A stretch of DNA of 20,000 bases from an uncultured virus (IMG/VR IMGVR_UViG_3300029286_001003). Lineage: Duplodnaviria; Heunggongvirae; Uroviricota; Caudoviricetes. Under the pieces are notes generated by a model. That model saw only the letters and a program-made list of their open reading frames with translations, had not been told where the DNA came from and ran no database searches. The stretch lies in the IMG/VR virus record IMGVR_UViG_3300029286_001003; one strand, given 5' to 3'. Shown one piece after another: positions 1 to 9,600 of this stretch; position 1 is the stretch's first letter, and every line of letters starts with the position of its first letter. The translations under genes and the position numbers were made by a program.

Positions 1-233
1 GTGAACCCACTATCGATCAATCCAGCAACCAGTTCAATGACATCCTTTTGTGGTCCGGGTCGAAATTGTTTAACGAAAACATAAAGATGTTTTTTACGAT
101 CATATACAACACCAGCTACAGCGTCTTTTGATTGTAACCAATCCCTAGTATATTCGTTACCTTTGTTTTTAAGGTAAAGACGGTTAACTTCGAAATAACC
201 TTTGTATAAATTCTTAGTACTTACTATTTCCAT
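1..233 (-). CDS. NUDIX hydrolase, ADP-ribose pyrophosphatase (NudF/NudK-like); partial, runs off the window start
   Basis: Not in the ORF track. Manual translation from ATG at 233 gives MEIVSTKNLYKGYFEVNRLYLKNKGNEYTRDWLQSKDAVAGVVYDRKKHLYVFVKQFRPGPQKDVIELVAGLIDSGF. The 'YKGYF', 'R..L...DAVA', 'VKQFR' and 'ELVAGLID' (start of the Nudix box) elements are typical of ADPRase-family enzymes. Confidence 0.85.
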   Translation of the reverse strand, partial: MEIVSTKNLYKGYFEVNRLYLKNKGNEYTRDWLQSKDAVAGVVYDRKKHLYVFVKQFRPGPQKDVIELVAGLIDSGF

Positions 234-249
234 TTTATTTCAATTTACA

Positions 250-257
250 CAAATATA
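250..257 (-). promoter_or_regulatory. Bacteroidota-type -7 promoter element (TATATTTG)
   Basis: Perfect TAnnTTTG in the intergenic gap, 16 nt upstream of the NUDIX ATG. Confidence 0.55.
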
Positions 258-281
258 ACGTATTATTTGGAAATAAAAAAA

Positions 282-710
282 TCATTTAATAAGTATTGTA
301 ATATCTTCATTCATTAATTCTTCATCTATTATCTTTTTAATAATATTCCAATCACCACCAGCCAATCCAGCTCCGATTTTTGGCATTCCAAATTTTTTTC
401 CGGAAAATTGTTTTTTAATCATTTTCATACAACTTCTTATGGCATTATAATCAACATTATGTTTCCCCTTCCATTGAAACTGTGTATATGCATTTATTAT
501 AATTGGTTTGGTGTTTGTGGTATAAGTTATTTTCCCTAATTTTTCTTCTGGTGACAATTTTGAATTCCTATCTACCATAAAAGCCAATGGATATTTTTCT
601 TTAATAATTTTAGCAACACCGGCACCCATTGTGGAAAAACAATTACAACCATGAACAATAACATCAAATTGTTCTGGTTTTTCAAATAAATCACCCAATA
701 TTTCTTTCAT
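282..710 (-). CDS. Macrodomain protein (Appr-1''-p processing; DarG/TARG1/Poa1-like)
   Basis: Motifs GDLF, IVHGCNCFSTMGAGVAK, IINAYTQ and MPKIGAGLAGGDW. Confidence 0.92.
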   Translation of the reverse strand: MKEILGDLFEKPEQFDVIVHGCNCFSTMGAGVAKIIKEKYPLAFMVDRNSKLSPEEKLGKITYTTNTKPIIINAYTQFQWKGKHNVDYNAIRSCMKMIKKQFSGKKFGMPKIGAGLAGGDWNIIKKIIDEELMNEDITILIK

Positions 711-712
711 TT

Positions 713-723
713 TATTTATATAA
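713..723 (-). promoter_or_regulatory. Putative phage late-type promoter (TTATATAAATA, contains T4-like TATAAATA)
   Basis: Immediately upstream of the macrodomain ATG; related to the recurring TATATA motif. AT-rich background lowers certainty. Confidence 0.3.
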
Positions 724-748
724 CTTTTAATTCTTTTAGTTTATCTTT

Positions 749-1104
749 TTACCAATCAGAATCAGTATTAAATTTCTTTCTTCTCACCCAATGAAATTTA
801 ATATTAGGGTATCTATTTTTTAACCATTCCATATCACCCTTTACATATTCTGAACTTATGTGAACTTTGGTAATGTATTATCTTGATCCCCCATGTATTC
901 TATATCCCATAAGTTCGGATTCCAAGTGAATGATATATTTTCATATCCTCGACCATAATTAGTTTTCACACCAGACCTCAAAGCATCATCTGATAATATA
1001 TCACTCAAAGAATCTAAACTTTCTGTGAAATGGTAAATAATTTTACCTTTGGTAAATTCCTCAAATAACTTTAATCTCATATTCAAGGATTCTAAATGTT
1101 TCAT
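749..1104 (-). pseudogene. ART-like paralogue with out-of-frame internal deletion
   Basis: 856-1104 encodes the leader plus IIYHFT..L..IL..D.L and ISFTWN, then stops. A different frame (877-749) encodes YITKVHISSEYVKGDMEWLKNRYPNIKFHWVRRKKFNTDSDW*, matching the KYI..V.I motif of the paralogues. The intervening DG.KL and ExEE segment is absent. Confidence 0.65.
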
Positions 1105-1128
1105 ATTTAAATATTGTTTTTTGGTAAT

Positions 1129-2061
1129 TTATGAAGATAATCTGTCGAATTCCATTCTGGCCTTTTTAACATTCCAAAATAGTTCTTTAACTTCTTTATT
1201 TCTGGGTTCTTTTAATTTTATATGTATGTAATTTTTAATTCCATTGTGAGTAAATAATGTTTCTCCTATTTTATCCACATTAGCAGATTCTATATATTCC
1301 TTTAATTTTTTAGAGAATTTTGAATATATATCTTTTAACAATTTACAATTTCTATCATTCATAAAAATAAATGTATTAAATTCATCAACCAATGGTATGA
1401 TTTGTTTACCAATATATTCTTTTTTAATGAAAGAATCATCTCTTTCAGCTAAAATATAATTAGTCCACAATTCACTTAATTTGGATAAGAAATTAATTAA
1501 TTCCTGTCCTTTAGGTGATATTTTCCCATTATCTACTGTTTTTTTCTTAAATTCATCGAAATTACCATTATGCTCAATAAACGACAATGCAGGTATTTCA
1601 TAATCTTCTTCACCAACATTTGAACCACGAATATTTATATTTAAGTTCGGATCACCACCATAATCCAAATACTTTTTTATTGCTTCAAATTGTTCCTTAA
1701 ATTCACCTTTTAAATCCCATACATAATGATTTCCCCAAGTACATATTGATACATATTTTTCCCTTGGTACTTTATATTTATCATAAAAAACATCATATAA
1801 AACTTCATAACCTATTCTGTGTTCATCGTTCATGTTTATTGGTATTATATGATTAGAATCAAGTGATATTAAAACATATCTAATTCCCAATGCACTTTCT
1901 TTGTATTGATCATATAAAACAAATGGTTGAAAATATTTAGTTGATTTCCAATTTTTTGTATTGGACATGTCACCATCAATTATATAATATTTCCTGATTT
2001 GTTCAGGAATTTCAAATTTCTGGATTTGTGTTTGTTCAAATAATTTTAAAGTTTTTATCAT
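1129..2061 (-). CDS. Hypothetical protein with conserved N-terminal leader (MIKTLKLFE); putative internal virion protein
   Basis: 310-aa ORF with ATGA overlap with the upstream gene; no family recognised. Confidence 0.75.
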   Translation of the reverse strand: MIKTLKLFEQTQIQKFEIPEQIRKYYIIDGDMSNTKNWKSTKYFQPFVLYDQYKESALGIRYVLISLDSNHIIPINMNDEHRIGYEVLYDVFYDKYKVPREKYVSICTWGNHYVWDLKGEFKEQFEAIKKYLDYGGDPNLNINIRGSNVGEEDYEIPALSFIEHNGNFDEFKKKTVDNGKISPKGQELINFLSKLSELWTNYILAERDDSFIKKEYIGKQIIPLVDEFNTFIFMNDRNCKLLKDIYSKFSKKLKEYIESANVDKIGETLFTHNGIKNYIHIKLKEPRNKEVKELFWNVKKARMEFDRLSS

Positions 2062-2537
2062 TTTATTACATTGAAATTTGTTAATTTTTTAAAGATACCA
2101 AAATATGGATCTTTATCGGATTTTTGTATTGTGGCACCTAGAATAACTTTTGTACCTTTTGGTAAAATATTATCAAGTTCCTTTTTTAAAAAAGTAACGA
2201 ATGAATATGAATTATCTGGTGAAATTGGATTTGTTTTTAAGAACTCTTTTTTGAAATAATCCATCTTCCAATGATTAAATTCACTAGTCACATCTTTTGA
2301 AAATTTCCCCCATAATTTCCAACCATCCTTATGTTGTAAAAGCATTTTCATTTCATAATTTGTTATTGTTACAGAAGAATATCTTGATATAGATCCTTCA
2401 TAAGAATCCATTTTCACTGAAAGAATTTCAAATTCATCTTCAACTTTCCCTAATCTAGTGTAATTTTCTGGTTTTATATTTAAACCAATAAAATTGAAAT
2501 TTTCATTGATAATAAATTCTTGGAGGGTAGTTATCAT
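2058..2537 (-). CDS. Hypothetical protein with leader MITTLQEFIINE; possible OB-fold
   Basis: Start moved from 2624 to ATG 2537, where the leader begins and a TTATATATA motif lies upstream. The beta-rich pattern (FEILSVK, KLWG, KGTKVILGATIQ...FGIFK) suggests an OB fold; this is tentative. Confidence 0.7.
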   Translation of the reverse strand: MITTLQEFIINENFNFIGLNIKPENYTRLGKVEDEFEILSVKMDSYEGSISRYSSVTITNYEMKMLLQHKDGWKLWGKFSKDVTSEFNHWKMDYFKKEFLKTNPISPDNSYSFVTFLKKELDNILPKGTKVILGATIQKSDKDPYFGIFKKLTNFNVIK

Positions 2538-2620
2538 AGTGTTATTTTTTATTGTTATATATAAATTTGAAAAAACAAAGTTACGATGTTTTTGGTTATA
2601 AAAAAAATCATAATCCGGTT

Positions 2621-3112
2621 TCAATCCAATGTTCCAATTTCTATTTTTATATTTGGTATTAATTTATTTAGTTTTTCAAATTTTTTAAATATATATTCAT
2701 TCAATTCAATAATTTCTTGTGGTGTATATTCACCCACACGAAACCCACCCATCTCCCATTTCAATTTATCATAATTCGCAACCTTAATGTCAATTATATA
2801 TTTTTTTATTCCACTTATCTTATCATCTTTTCTAATCGTTAAAATTCTTTCTTCAGCTTCACGTTTATAAAACAAATTTCCACTATAAAGATAAGATTCA
2901 AACTTAAATTTATTACTCATTTTATCACCATCGAATATAATTAAAATTGGTCTATCAGCATAATTTAATCTTTTATTTCTGGAAAATGAAATATATCCTG
3001 TCCCTGACCACATAGTATCTTCTTTTAAAATATCTTCTAAAGAACTAAAATGAGTCCAATGATACAAAATACCAACTTGTTTAGCTTCAAATATTTTATA
3101 ACGTGTTATCAT
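2621..3112 (-). CDS. Putative ADP-ribosyltransferase-fold protein (H-S-ExE motifs)
   Basis: ILYHWT...SLEDIL, YISFSRNK, IIFDGDKM, REAEERI, KKYIIDIKV. The ORF is solid; the ART call is inferred from motif order. Confidence 0.6.
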   Translation of the reverse strand: MITRYKIFEAKQVGILYHWTHFSSLEDILKEDTMWSGTGYISFSRNKRLNYADRPILIIFDGDKMSNKFKFESYLYSGNLFYKREAEERILTIRKDDKISGIKKYIIDIKVANYDKLKWEMGGFRVGEYTPQEIIELNEYIFKKFEKLNKLIPNIKIEIGTLD

Positions 3113-3676
3113 AGTCTATTCCATCGATAATTTTTTCATATAAATTTTCCGTAAATTTATTAAAATTGATATTTCCAAATCTATATGATTCCGGAATTTC
3201 TTCGTTTAAATATTCACACAAACTTTCAAATTTATATTTATATTCATCCTCACCCATTTCATTTTTTACTTCCAATCTAAAATTTTTCAATGTTGGAATT
3301 TCCACTTTTAATATGTATTTGGATATTTCCTTTAATTCGTTTTTAACAACAACACATTCTTCAGCTTCTTCATTAATATAATCAAAATAATTAACCGGAT
3401 ATATTTTATAATGATGTGATAATTTATTTCCATCTATTGTTATTCTACAAGATACCGGATGATCCATAAATGTGGTTGCATTTATATGAAAATTTTTGTT
3501 TCTAGTAAAAGAAATATACATCCAGTTTGATTTATCTTGTAAATTATATGAATTCATAAGATTATCATAAGATTCAACTTCTCTATTTGTTATTAGAACA
3601 TCATCTTGTAATATAGAATATAAACTAACTAAATTAGTAAAATGATACAAAATACCAACTTGTTTAGCTTCAAATA
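3058..3676. repeat. 36-bp exact direct repeat (3058-3093 and 3641-3676)
   Basis: aatgatacaaaataccaacttgtttagcttcaaata occurs in both copies and encodes FEAKQVGILYH on the minus strand in two adjacent paralogues. Confidence 0.95.
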
Positions 3677-3698
3677 ATTTAAATTCAGTTAACATCAT
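3096..3698 (-). CDS. Putative ADP-ribosyltransferase-fold protein, paralogue of 2621-3112
   Basis: ILYHFTNLVSLYSIL, YISFTRNK, ITIDGNKL, EEAEECVV, SKYILKVEI. The start overlaps the upstream stop (TGATGATG). Confidence 0.6.
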   Translation of the reverse strand: MMLTEFKLFEAKQVGILYHFTNLVSLYSILQDDVLITNREVESYDNLMNSYNLQDKSNWMYISFTRNKNFHINATTFMDHPVSCRITIDGNKLSHHYKIYPVNYFDYINEEAEECVVVKNELKEISKYILKVEIPTLKNFRLEVKNEMGEDEYKYKFESLCEYLNEEIPESYRFGNINFNKFTENLYEKIIDGIDYDNTL

Positions 3699-4312
3699 CA
3701 AGCGTAAAATATTTTATTTTTTATATCTGATATATCTATTTTTTCACCATTAAATTCTATTGATTTTATATTTAATTGTGTATTTTTAAATAAACGAATT
3801 TCTTTTTCTTCTGAATAATATGGGTGTATATTCATATAAATGGTAATACCCCAATCTATATATTTTTCATTAATTTCAGATTCAATAGTCACTTCGTTTT
3901 TTTTATCTAACCCCCAATATGTATCAGTACTTTCAATATCCCAACTCCAATATATACCTAACCTTTTACCTTGTGTTTTAAGATGATTTAACCAGTTATC
4001 ATCAACTGTCATTTTTCTGTATATTTTTATTTTGTTATTATTTATTAAATCTGTAATATTATTATAAAAATCATCAAAATTATTTTCTAATTCGTTTTTA
4101 ATCCTTTCTTTAAATTCTTCACTATTTTCAATTTCAGATTTATTATTATCATCCAATTTGTTTTCTTCAATGAAATATTCCAACACTCGATCATACCAAT
4201 CATCTTTTTTAATTTTTTTTAAAAACTCATCATTTAAAATATCATCAATTGATAAATCAAAAAAGGATGATTCATTTAAAGTGGATTCAAATAATTCGAA
4301 TTTAGTTAGCAT
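3698..4312 (-). CDS. Putative R-S-E-type ADP-ribosyltransferase-fold protein
   Basis: Acidic helical N-terminus followed by IKIYR, GIYWSW and EEKEIRL in the order expected for R/S/ExE strands. Confidence 0.5.
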   Translation of the reverse strand: MLTKFELFESTLNESSFFDLSIDDILNDEFLKKIKKDDWYDRVLEYFIEENKLDDNNKSEIENSEEFKERIKNELENNFDDFYNNITDLINNNKIKIYRKMTVDDNWLNHLKTQGKRLGIYWSWDIESTDTYWGLDKKNEVTIESEINEKYIDWGITIYMNIHPYYSEEKEIRLFKNTQLNIKSIEFNGEKIDISDIKNKIFYA

Positions 4313-5981
4313 ATTCCGGTTCTTTTTTCTTTACTTGTTCACCAATATTTATAAGATACTTTTTATATTCACCCTTATCATCCTTTAATGGTATTAAATT
4401 ATTTTCATCAAAAAATTTCAGAGTTTTTTCTTCACCTAATAATTTTTCTGTAACAGACCATATAAATCTTATTTTTACTTCATTATCTTCTGCTAATTTT
4501 CTAACCTTTGGATAAATTTGTTTGAATTTTTCTTCTGATATATTATTTTGAATAAATAAAACCCAATTACCATTATCCACATACATCCAACAACTTCTAT
4601 GTCCAATATCATCACCAATATAATCTTTTTCTGTTATTTCTTTGTAAATCAATTTATTTCTTAAATCTACAAATTTATATTCATTGTCATTAATTGATTT
4701 AATTAATTCTATTGCTTTATCTTCATTGTACAAATTAAAAATAGTGTTAATTACATCTTTAATAGTTACTCCGTAACCATTTCCATTTTGATATGCTGAA
4801 TCATAAATTTTATTTCTAACATCTTCTTTTAAATGTGTCCATTTTAAAAAATATATTTGTTTTGAATTACAATCTAATAAAACATATCTATCATAATTTT
4901 TGTAAACAAATCCAAAAATTTTAGAATAATTTACTAATTTTGTATTTGTTTTTTTAGATACACCTCTTTTCATATCAATTAAATCTTTAACATTTGTTAC
5001 TTTATATTTAATCATTTCATCAGAAAGAAGTTTCAAAATTTCATAATTTATTTCTGATTTACTACTTGATTTACCAAGTCCATGTACATCCGAATTTGTG
5101 ACATGAAGGAATTCTCTATCTTCCCATTCATCTTTTTGTTGAATACTCCATATTAATGATTTTATTTCATCTTCTGTCACATTTTTTAATTTTTCAGCTC
5201 CCAATTTTATAAATTTGTCATAATATTTTTGAATTTCTTTCCTTAAATATTCTTTATCATTTATATTTTTATCACCCATTAATAAAATAGTTATGACTTT
5301 ATTTAATAAACGAAAATCTAATTGACCAAAATATTTATCACTCACACCCCAATCTTCATCTGGTTCATAAGATGGATTATAATTATAAATTGATACCCAT
5401 TTTTTACCAATGTTAAAATCTTTTATTGATTCAAATATTCTAATCTTTTTAAGTAACGGTGTGTTGAATTTTTTTATTTCGACAATATATTGTTTTAAAG
5501 AATTGATCCAAGTGGTTGAGTAAAATGGACCATCTTTTTCTATAATTGGTACTAATATATCAATCCATTTAATATATTTATTTAAATTTGTCATATATGG
5601 TTCATTACTAAAAATTCTATCTTCATATTCATCTGAATCGGATCTTCTTTTAGCGGAATGTCCCGGACCTAATTCATCTTTACTTAAATCCCACTGCCAA
5701 TAATCTATTGATTTTCCTTTATATTTTGTTTTTAATTGTTTACCATCAAATTCAATAGTAACATTAGAATTTTTTAAATATCCTAATTTAAGATTCTTGG
5801 TTCTACTTAATGATAAGAAATATGGTTTTTTACTATAAACATCAGCACCAGTTCCCATTGATGTACTTAATAATATTTTTTCAGTTTTAATAATATTTAA
5901 CAAGGAACTAATATATGTTCTATGAAATACAACATCTGTTATATTGCCTTCATTCAAAAAATTTTCAAATTTTATTATCAT
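4302..5981 (-). CDS. Large protein with N-terminal ART-like domain (same family as 2621/3096) and unknown C-terminal region
   Basis: VVFHRT..SLLNII, FLSLSRTK, IEFDGKQL, DEYEDRI, NKYIKWIDI within the first ~145 aa; leader MIIKFENFLNE. Confidence 0.6.
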   Translation of the reverse strand: MIIKFENFLNEGNITDVVFHRTYISSLLNIIKTEKILLSTSMGTGADVYSKKPYFLSLSRTKNLKLGYLKNSNVTIEFDGKQLKTKYKGKSIDYWQWDLSKDELGPGHSAKRRSDSDEYEDRIFSNEPYMTNLNKYIKWIDILVPIIEKDGPFYSTTWINSLKQYIVEIKKFNTPLLKKIRIFESIKDFNIGKKWVSIYNYNPSYEPDEDWGVSDKYFGQLDFRLLNKVITILLMGDKNINDKEYLRKEIQKYYDKFIKLGAEKLKNVTEDEIKSLIWSIQQKDEWEDREFLHVTNSDVHGLGKSSSKSEINYEILKLLSDEMIKYKVTNVKDLIDMKRGVSKKTNTKLVNYSKIFGFVYKNYDRYVLLDCNSKQIYFLKWTHLKEDVRNKIYDSAYQNGNGYGVTIKDVINTIFNLYNEDKAIELIKSINDNEYKFVDLRNKLIYKEITEKDYIGDDIGHRSCWMYVDNGNWVLFIQNNISEEKFKQIYPKVRKLAEDNEVKIRFIWSVTEKLLGEEKTLKFFDENNLIPLKDDKGEYKKYLINIGEQVKKKEPEYAN

Positions 5982-5985
5982 AAAT

Positions 5986-6582
5986 TTATATATTTTTAGG
6001 TTTACCTATAAGTATTTTCGCTTTAGGTTTACCACCCAACATTCTTACATACCAAGAATCACCAAATGCATTTTCATCATATGGGTTTTTCCCTTTCCAA
6101 TCTACTTTTCTTCCTAATACCTTTTCTACATCTTCCTGATTATCAACAATAGGGCAATGATATTTTCGAATTAAAATATCTGCTAGTTTTTCAGATACTT
6201 CAGCATAATAACCCAATGTTTTTAATTTATCACTTTGTTCATCAATATAAGTTTTTTTAGCATCCATAGTACCATCGTGACCCACACCCGAAAATTTTAT
6301 ACCATAATGAGTTTTTTTACCAAATATAATAATATCAAAATCTTGTGTGTTATGAATATCAATACCCTCCCAGAATTTCCAATCTGGATCTGAAAATATA
6401 TCTTTTGGTTCTCTTATTTTAGAATGACCACCAATTTCGTGATATGCGGTAGATATTAATCCAAAAAATTCATTTGATAATTCAGGATATTTTTTCATAT
6501 CAAAAACAACCGGAACACCCCTTTCTGGTTTAAAGACATCACCAGAAATTTCATTTAAAAAATTCTCAAATTTCGTTATCAT
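5986..6582 (-). CDS. Hypothetical phage protein with leader MITKFENFLNE
   Basis: 198-aa ORF heading the minus-strand block, with enzyme-like motifs AYHEIGGH, GVGHDGT and YAEVS; function not assigned. Confidence 0.75.
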   Translation of the reverse strand: MITKFENFLNEISGDVFKPERGVPVVFDMKKYPELSNEFFGLISTAYHEIGGHSKIREPKDIFSDPDWKFWEGIDIHNTQDFDIIIFGKKTHYGIKFSGVGHDGTMDAKKTYIDEQSDKLKTLGYYAEVSEKLADILIRKYHCPIVDNQEDVEKVLGRKVDWKGKNPYDENAFGDSWYVRMLGGKPKAKILIGKPKNI

Positions 6583-6588
6583 AAAGTT

Positions 6589-6648
6589 TATATATTAATT
6601 TTTTATCTAACATTTTTTATTTAAACAAATCTGGTTTATCAATATATA
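6589..6648. promoter_or_regulatory. Divergent promoter region with AATATATA motifs on both strands
   Basis: TAATATATA on minus (6589-6597) ahead of ATG 6582; CAATATATA on plus (6640-6648) ahead of ATG 6683. Confidence 0.5.
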
Positions 6649-6682
6649 AGTGTTATAAATCTTAAAAAATAATTGCCTATGA

Positions 6683-9600
6683 ATGATAAAAACAGTTGTT
6701 AATGCTGGTGATATTCACATACCAAAAAAATTAGAAAGACACTCAGAATACAGACAAGTATTTGAAAATTTTTATAAAAAATCAAAAGAACAAAAACCAG
6801 ATAGAATAGTCCTAACAGGTGATATATATAATGATTTTATAGATTTAGAAAATGAATCATTAATTCTAGTTGGTGAATTTTTAACTACATTATCAACTAT
6901 TTCTAAAGTTATAATCATTAAAGGAAATCATGATGTTCGTAAAAAGAATAAAAATCGTATTGATACTATTGAAACAGCGGTTACTCTTTTAAATAATCAA
7001 AATATTACTTATTATAAACAATCCGGTTTCTATCCAGATGAAAATGTTGTTTGGGTGGTATGGGATTATCTTGATAAAATTAACCCTTGGAAAAATTATC
7101 CAACAAAAAAAGATCCGAATTTAACATATATAGATCTTTACCACAATCCAGTTTTGGATGTTAAATTGTGTAATGGATATAATTATCAAAAAAAGAATGT
7201 CCCTGATATTAAGGATTTAAAAGGTGATATTAGTATGTTATCTGATATTCACTTACATCAAAGTTTTGTTAAAGGTACAAAAGCTTACACATCTTCAATG
7301 ATACAACAAAATTTTGGTGAATCACCATCATCAAAAGAACATGGTTATTTACTTTGGGATATACCAAATAAATCATTTGAATTTATACACTTATCAAATG
7401 ATTTCGCTTTGGTGAATTTTGAACTTAGTTCACCATCTGATTATGATACTTTAAATTTATCCAGCCCTTATGTTGTTAATAAAAATAAATTCAGAGTTAT
7501 TTGGACTGATTTCGCATCAAATATCAATCGTGAAAATGAATTAAAAGTAAAAAGGTATTTAAAGGATAAATATGGTGTTGATGATATTCGGTTTCAAAAA
7601 TATCCATATCACACAAAAATTGAAGATTCAAAATTGATATCAGAAGTAATAAATATAAATGATAAACAAGTTCAACAAGATGTTATTAGGGAATATTTAA
7701 CGATTAATCAATATGATGATGAATTTATAGAACAAATAATTAAAATTGACGATATTATTGATGGTAGATTAGAAATTTCCGAAGTTACAAATACAGTTTG
7801 GGATATTGATAAAATTTGGTTTAATAATTTCAAATCTTATGGTGATGATAACGTTCTGGATCTAAAAATGGATGGAATCATTCAGATAAACGGAATTAAT
7901 CAATATGGTAAAACAACTATACTGGATGCTATTTGTTATATCTTATATGGAAAAACAATTGCAACTAAAGGAAAGCCACCAAAGTTTGGTGATAGTCGTT
8001 ATATAAATAATAAAAGAGATCTGAATTTTTGTGATGGTGGTGTTATTTTGGATATTAACGGGGAAAAATATTTGGTTTATAGAAGAACAGATAGAAAATT
8101 AAATGCAAATGGTGAAATCACAAGTTGTCCCACAATAGTTGATTATTATACTGGTGAAGAAATGGTTGAAGAAAATAAATTAACTGGTGAAACTGGTAGA
8201 AAGACAACTAAAATGATAAGTGATGTATTAGGTGATTTTGATGATTTTATTCGTTTAGCTTTAACTAATGGTGATAATTTAAATCAATTATTATCAATGA
8301 TCAGATCTGAATTTATTGATAGTGTAGTTAAAGACGCTGGTTATGAAATCTTCGATAAAAAATTAGAAGAATTTAAAGTCTATAAAAAAGAACAAAACTT
8401 TGAAAAAATTGTACTTAATCCACTTTCAGTTGAAGAATCTATTAAAGAAAATGAAAATAAAGTAGATGAATTAATTGATCAAGAATCAAATATAAATGAT
8501 AGTATTACTGGAATTGATGATAAAATTACAAAAGGTTTATCTATTCAGGAAAAACTGACATTGAAAATTCATAAAATTGATGATGACATTATAAATTTAA
8601 ATGTTGATAGGGTGAATTATGATATTGAAACCGATAAGAAAAAATTATCCGAAAATGGTGAAATTATTAATGAATATAAAACAATAATCGATAATTTACC
8701 AAATGAATTTGATTATAGAAGATTTAATGAAGAAATGGATAATAAATCAAAATTCGAAAAAGATTCTTACAAGAAAGAAATAGAAATCGTTGAATGGGAA
8801 AGAAAAATGGACGAAAACAATTTCAAGATTGATAACGTTGATATTGAAATTGATATGGTAAAGAAAAAAGCTATAAATGATAAGAAAAATCAAATTGATG
8901 AATTAACAAATTTCATAAATAACGATGAAAATAAAATCAGTAGGATCACCAATGAAAAAGAAAGGGATATTGATAAAACTATAACAAAGTTATATAATGA
9001 AATTGGTAAATTGGATAATGAACTCAACCAACTTAAACAAAATGGTATAAAATTCACAACCGAATTAAAATCGTATCAATCAGTGAATGATGGTGAAAAA
9101 TCAAATTGTCCTACATGTGGTCAATCATTATCAAATTGTGATGAAGATCATTTGGGTAAATTGATTCTTGAAAAACAACAAGAATTGAAAACTGTAACTG
9201 ATGAAGCTAAACCCAGATTAACCAGAAAAAAGGAAATTCAATCAGAAATAGAATCTTTGGATGAATCAAAAAAATTCATCAATGAATCGATTGAAGTTAA
9301 ATTGATATTGGAAAATATTAAAAATGTAAATGAACAAATAAAGAAAATTGAAGTAGAAATATCAAATTTTGATTTATCGGAAATAAAAGACGATGTTGAT
9401 ATTATCACTAAAAATAAAAATAAAGCGGAATCAGAAAATAAAGAATTACAAAATAAAATTGAAAACAATACTATATTAGTAAAAAAATTAAAATCAGACA
9501 TCGATAAACTAGAAAAGACAATAACTGAAAAAAATATTATCAAAAAGGGTTTAGAAAAAAGAAAAGATTATATTATTAAGATGAATAATCTTTCATCAAC

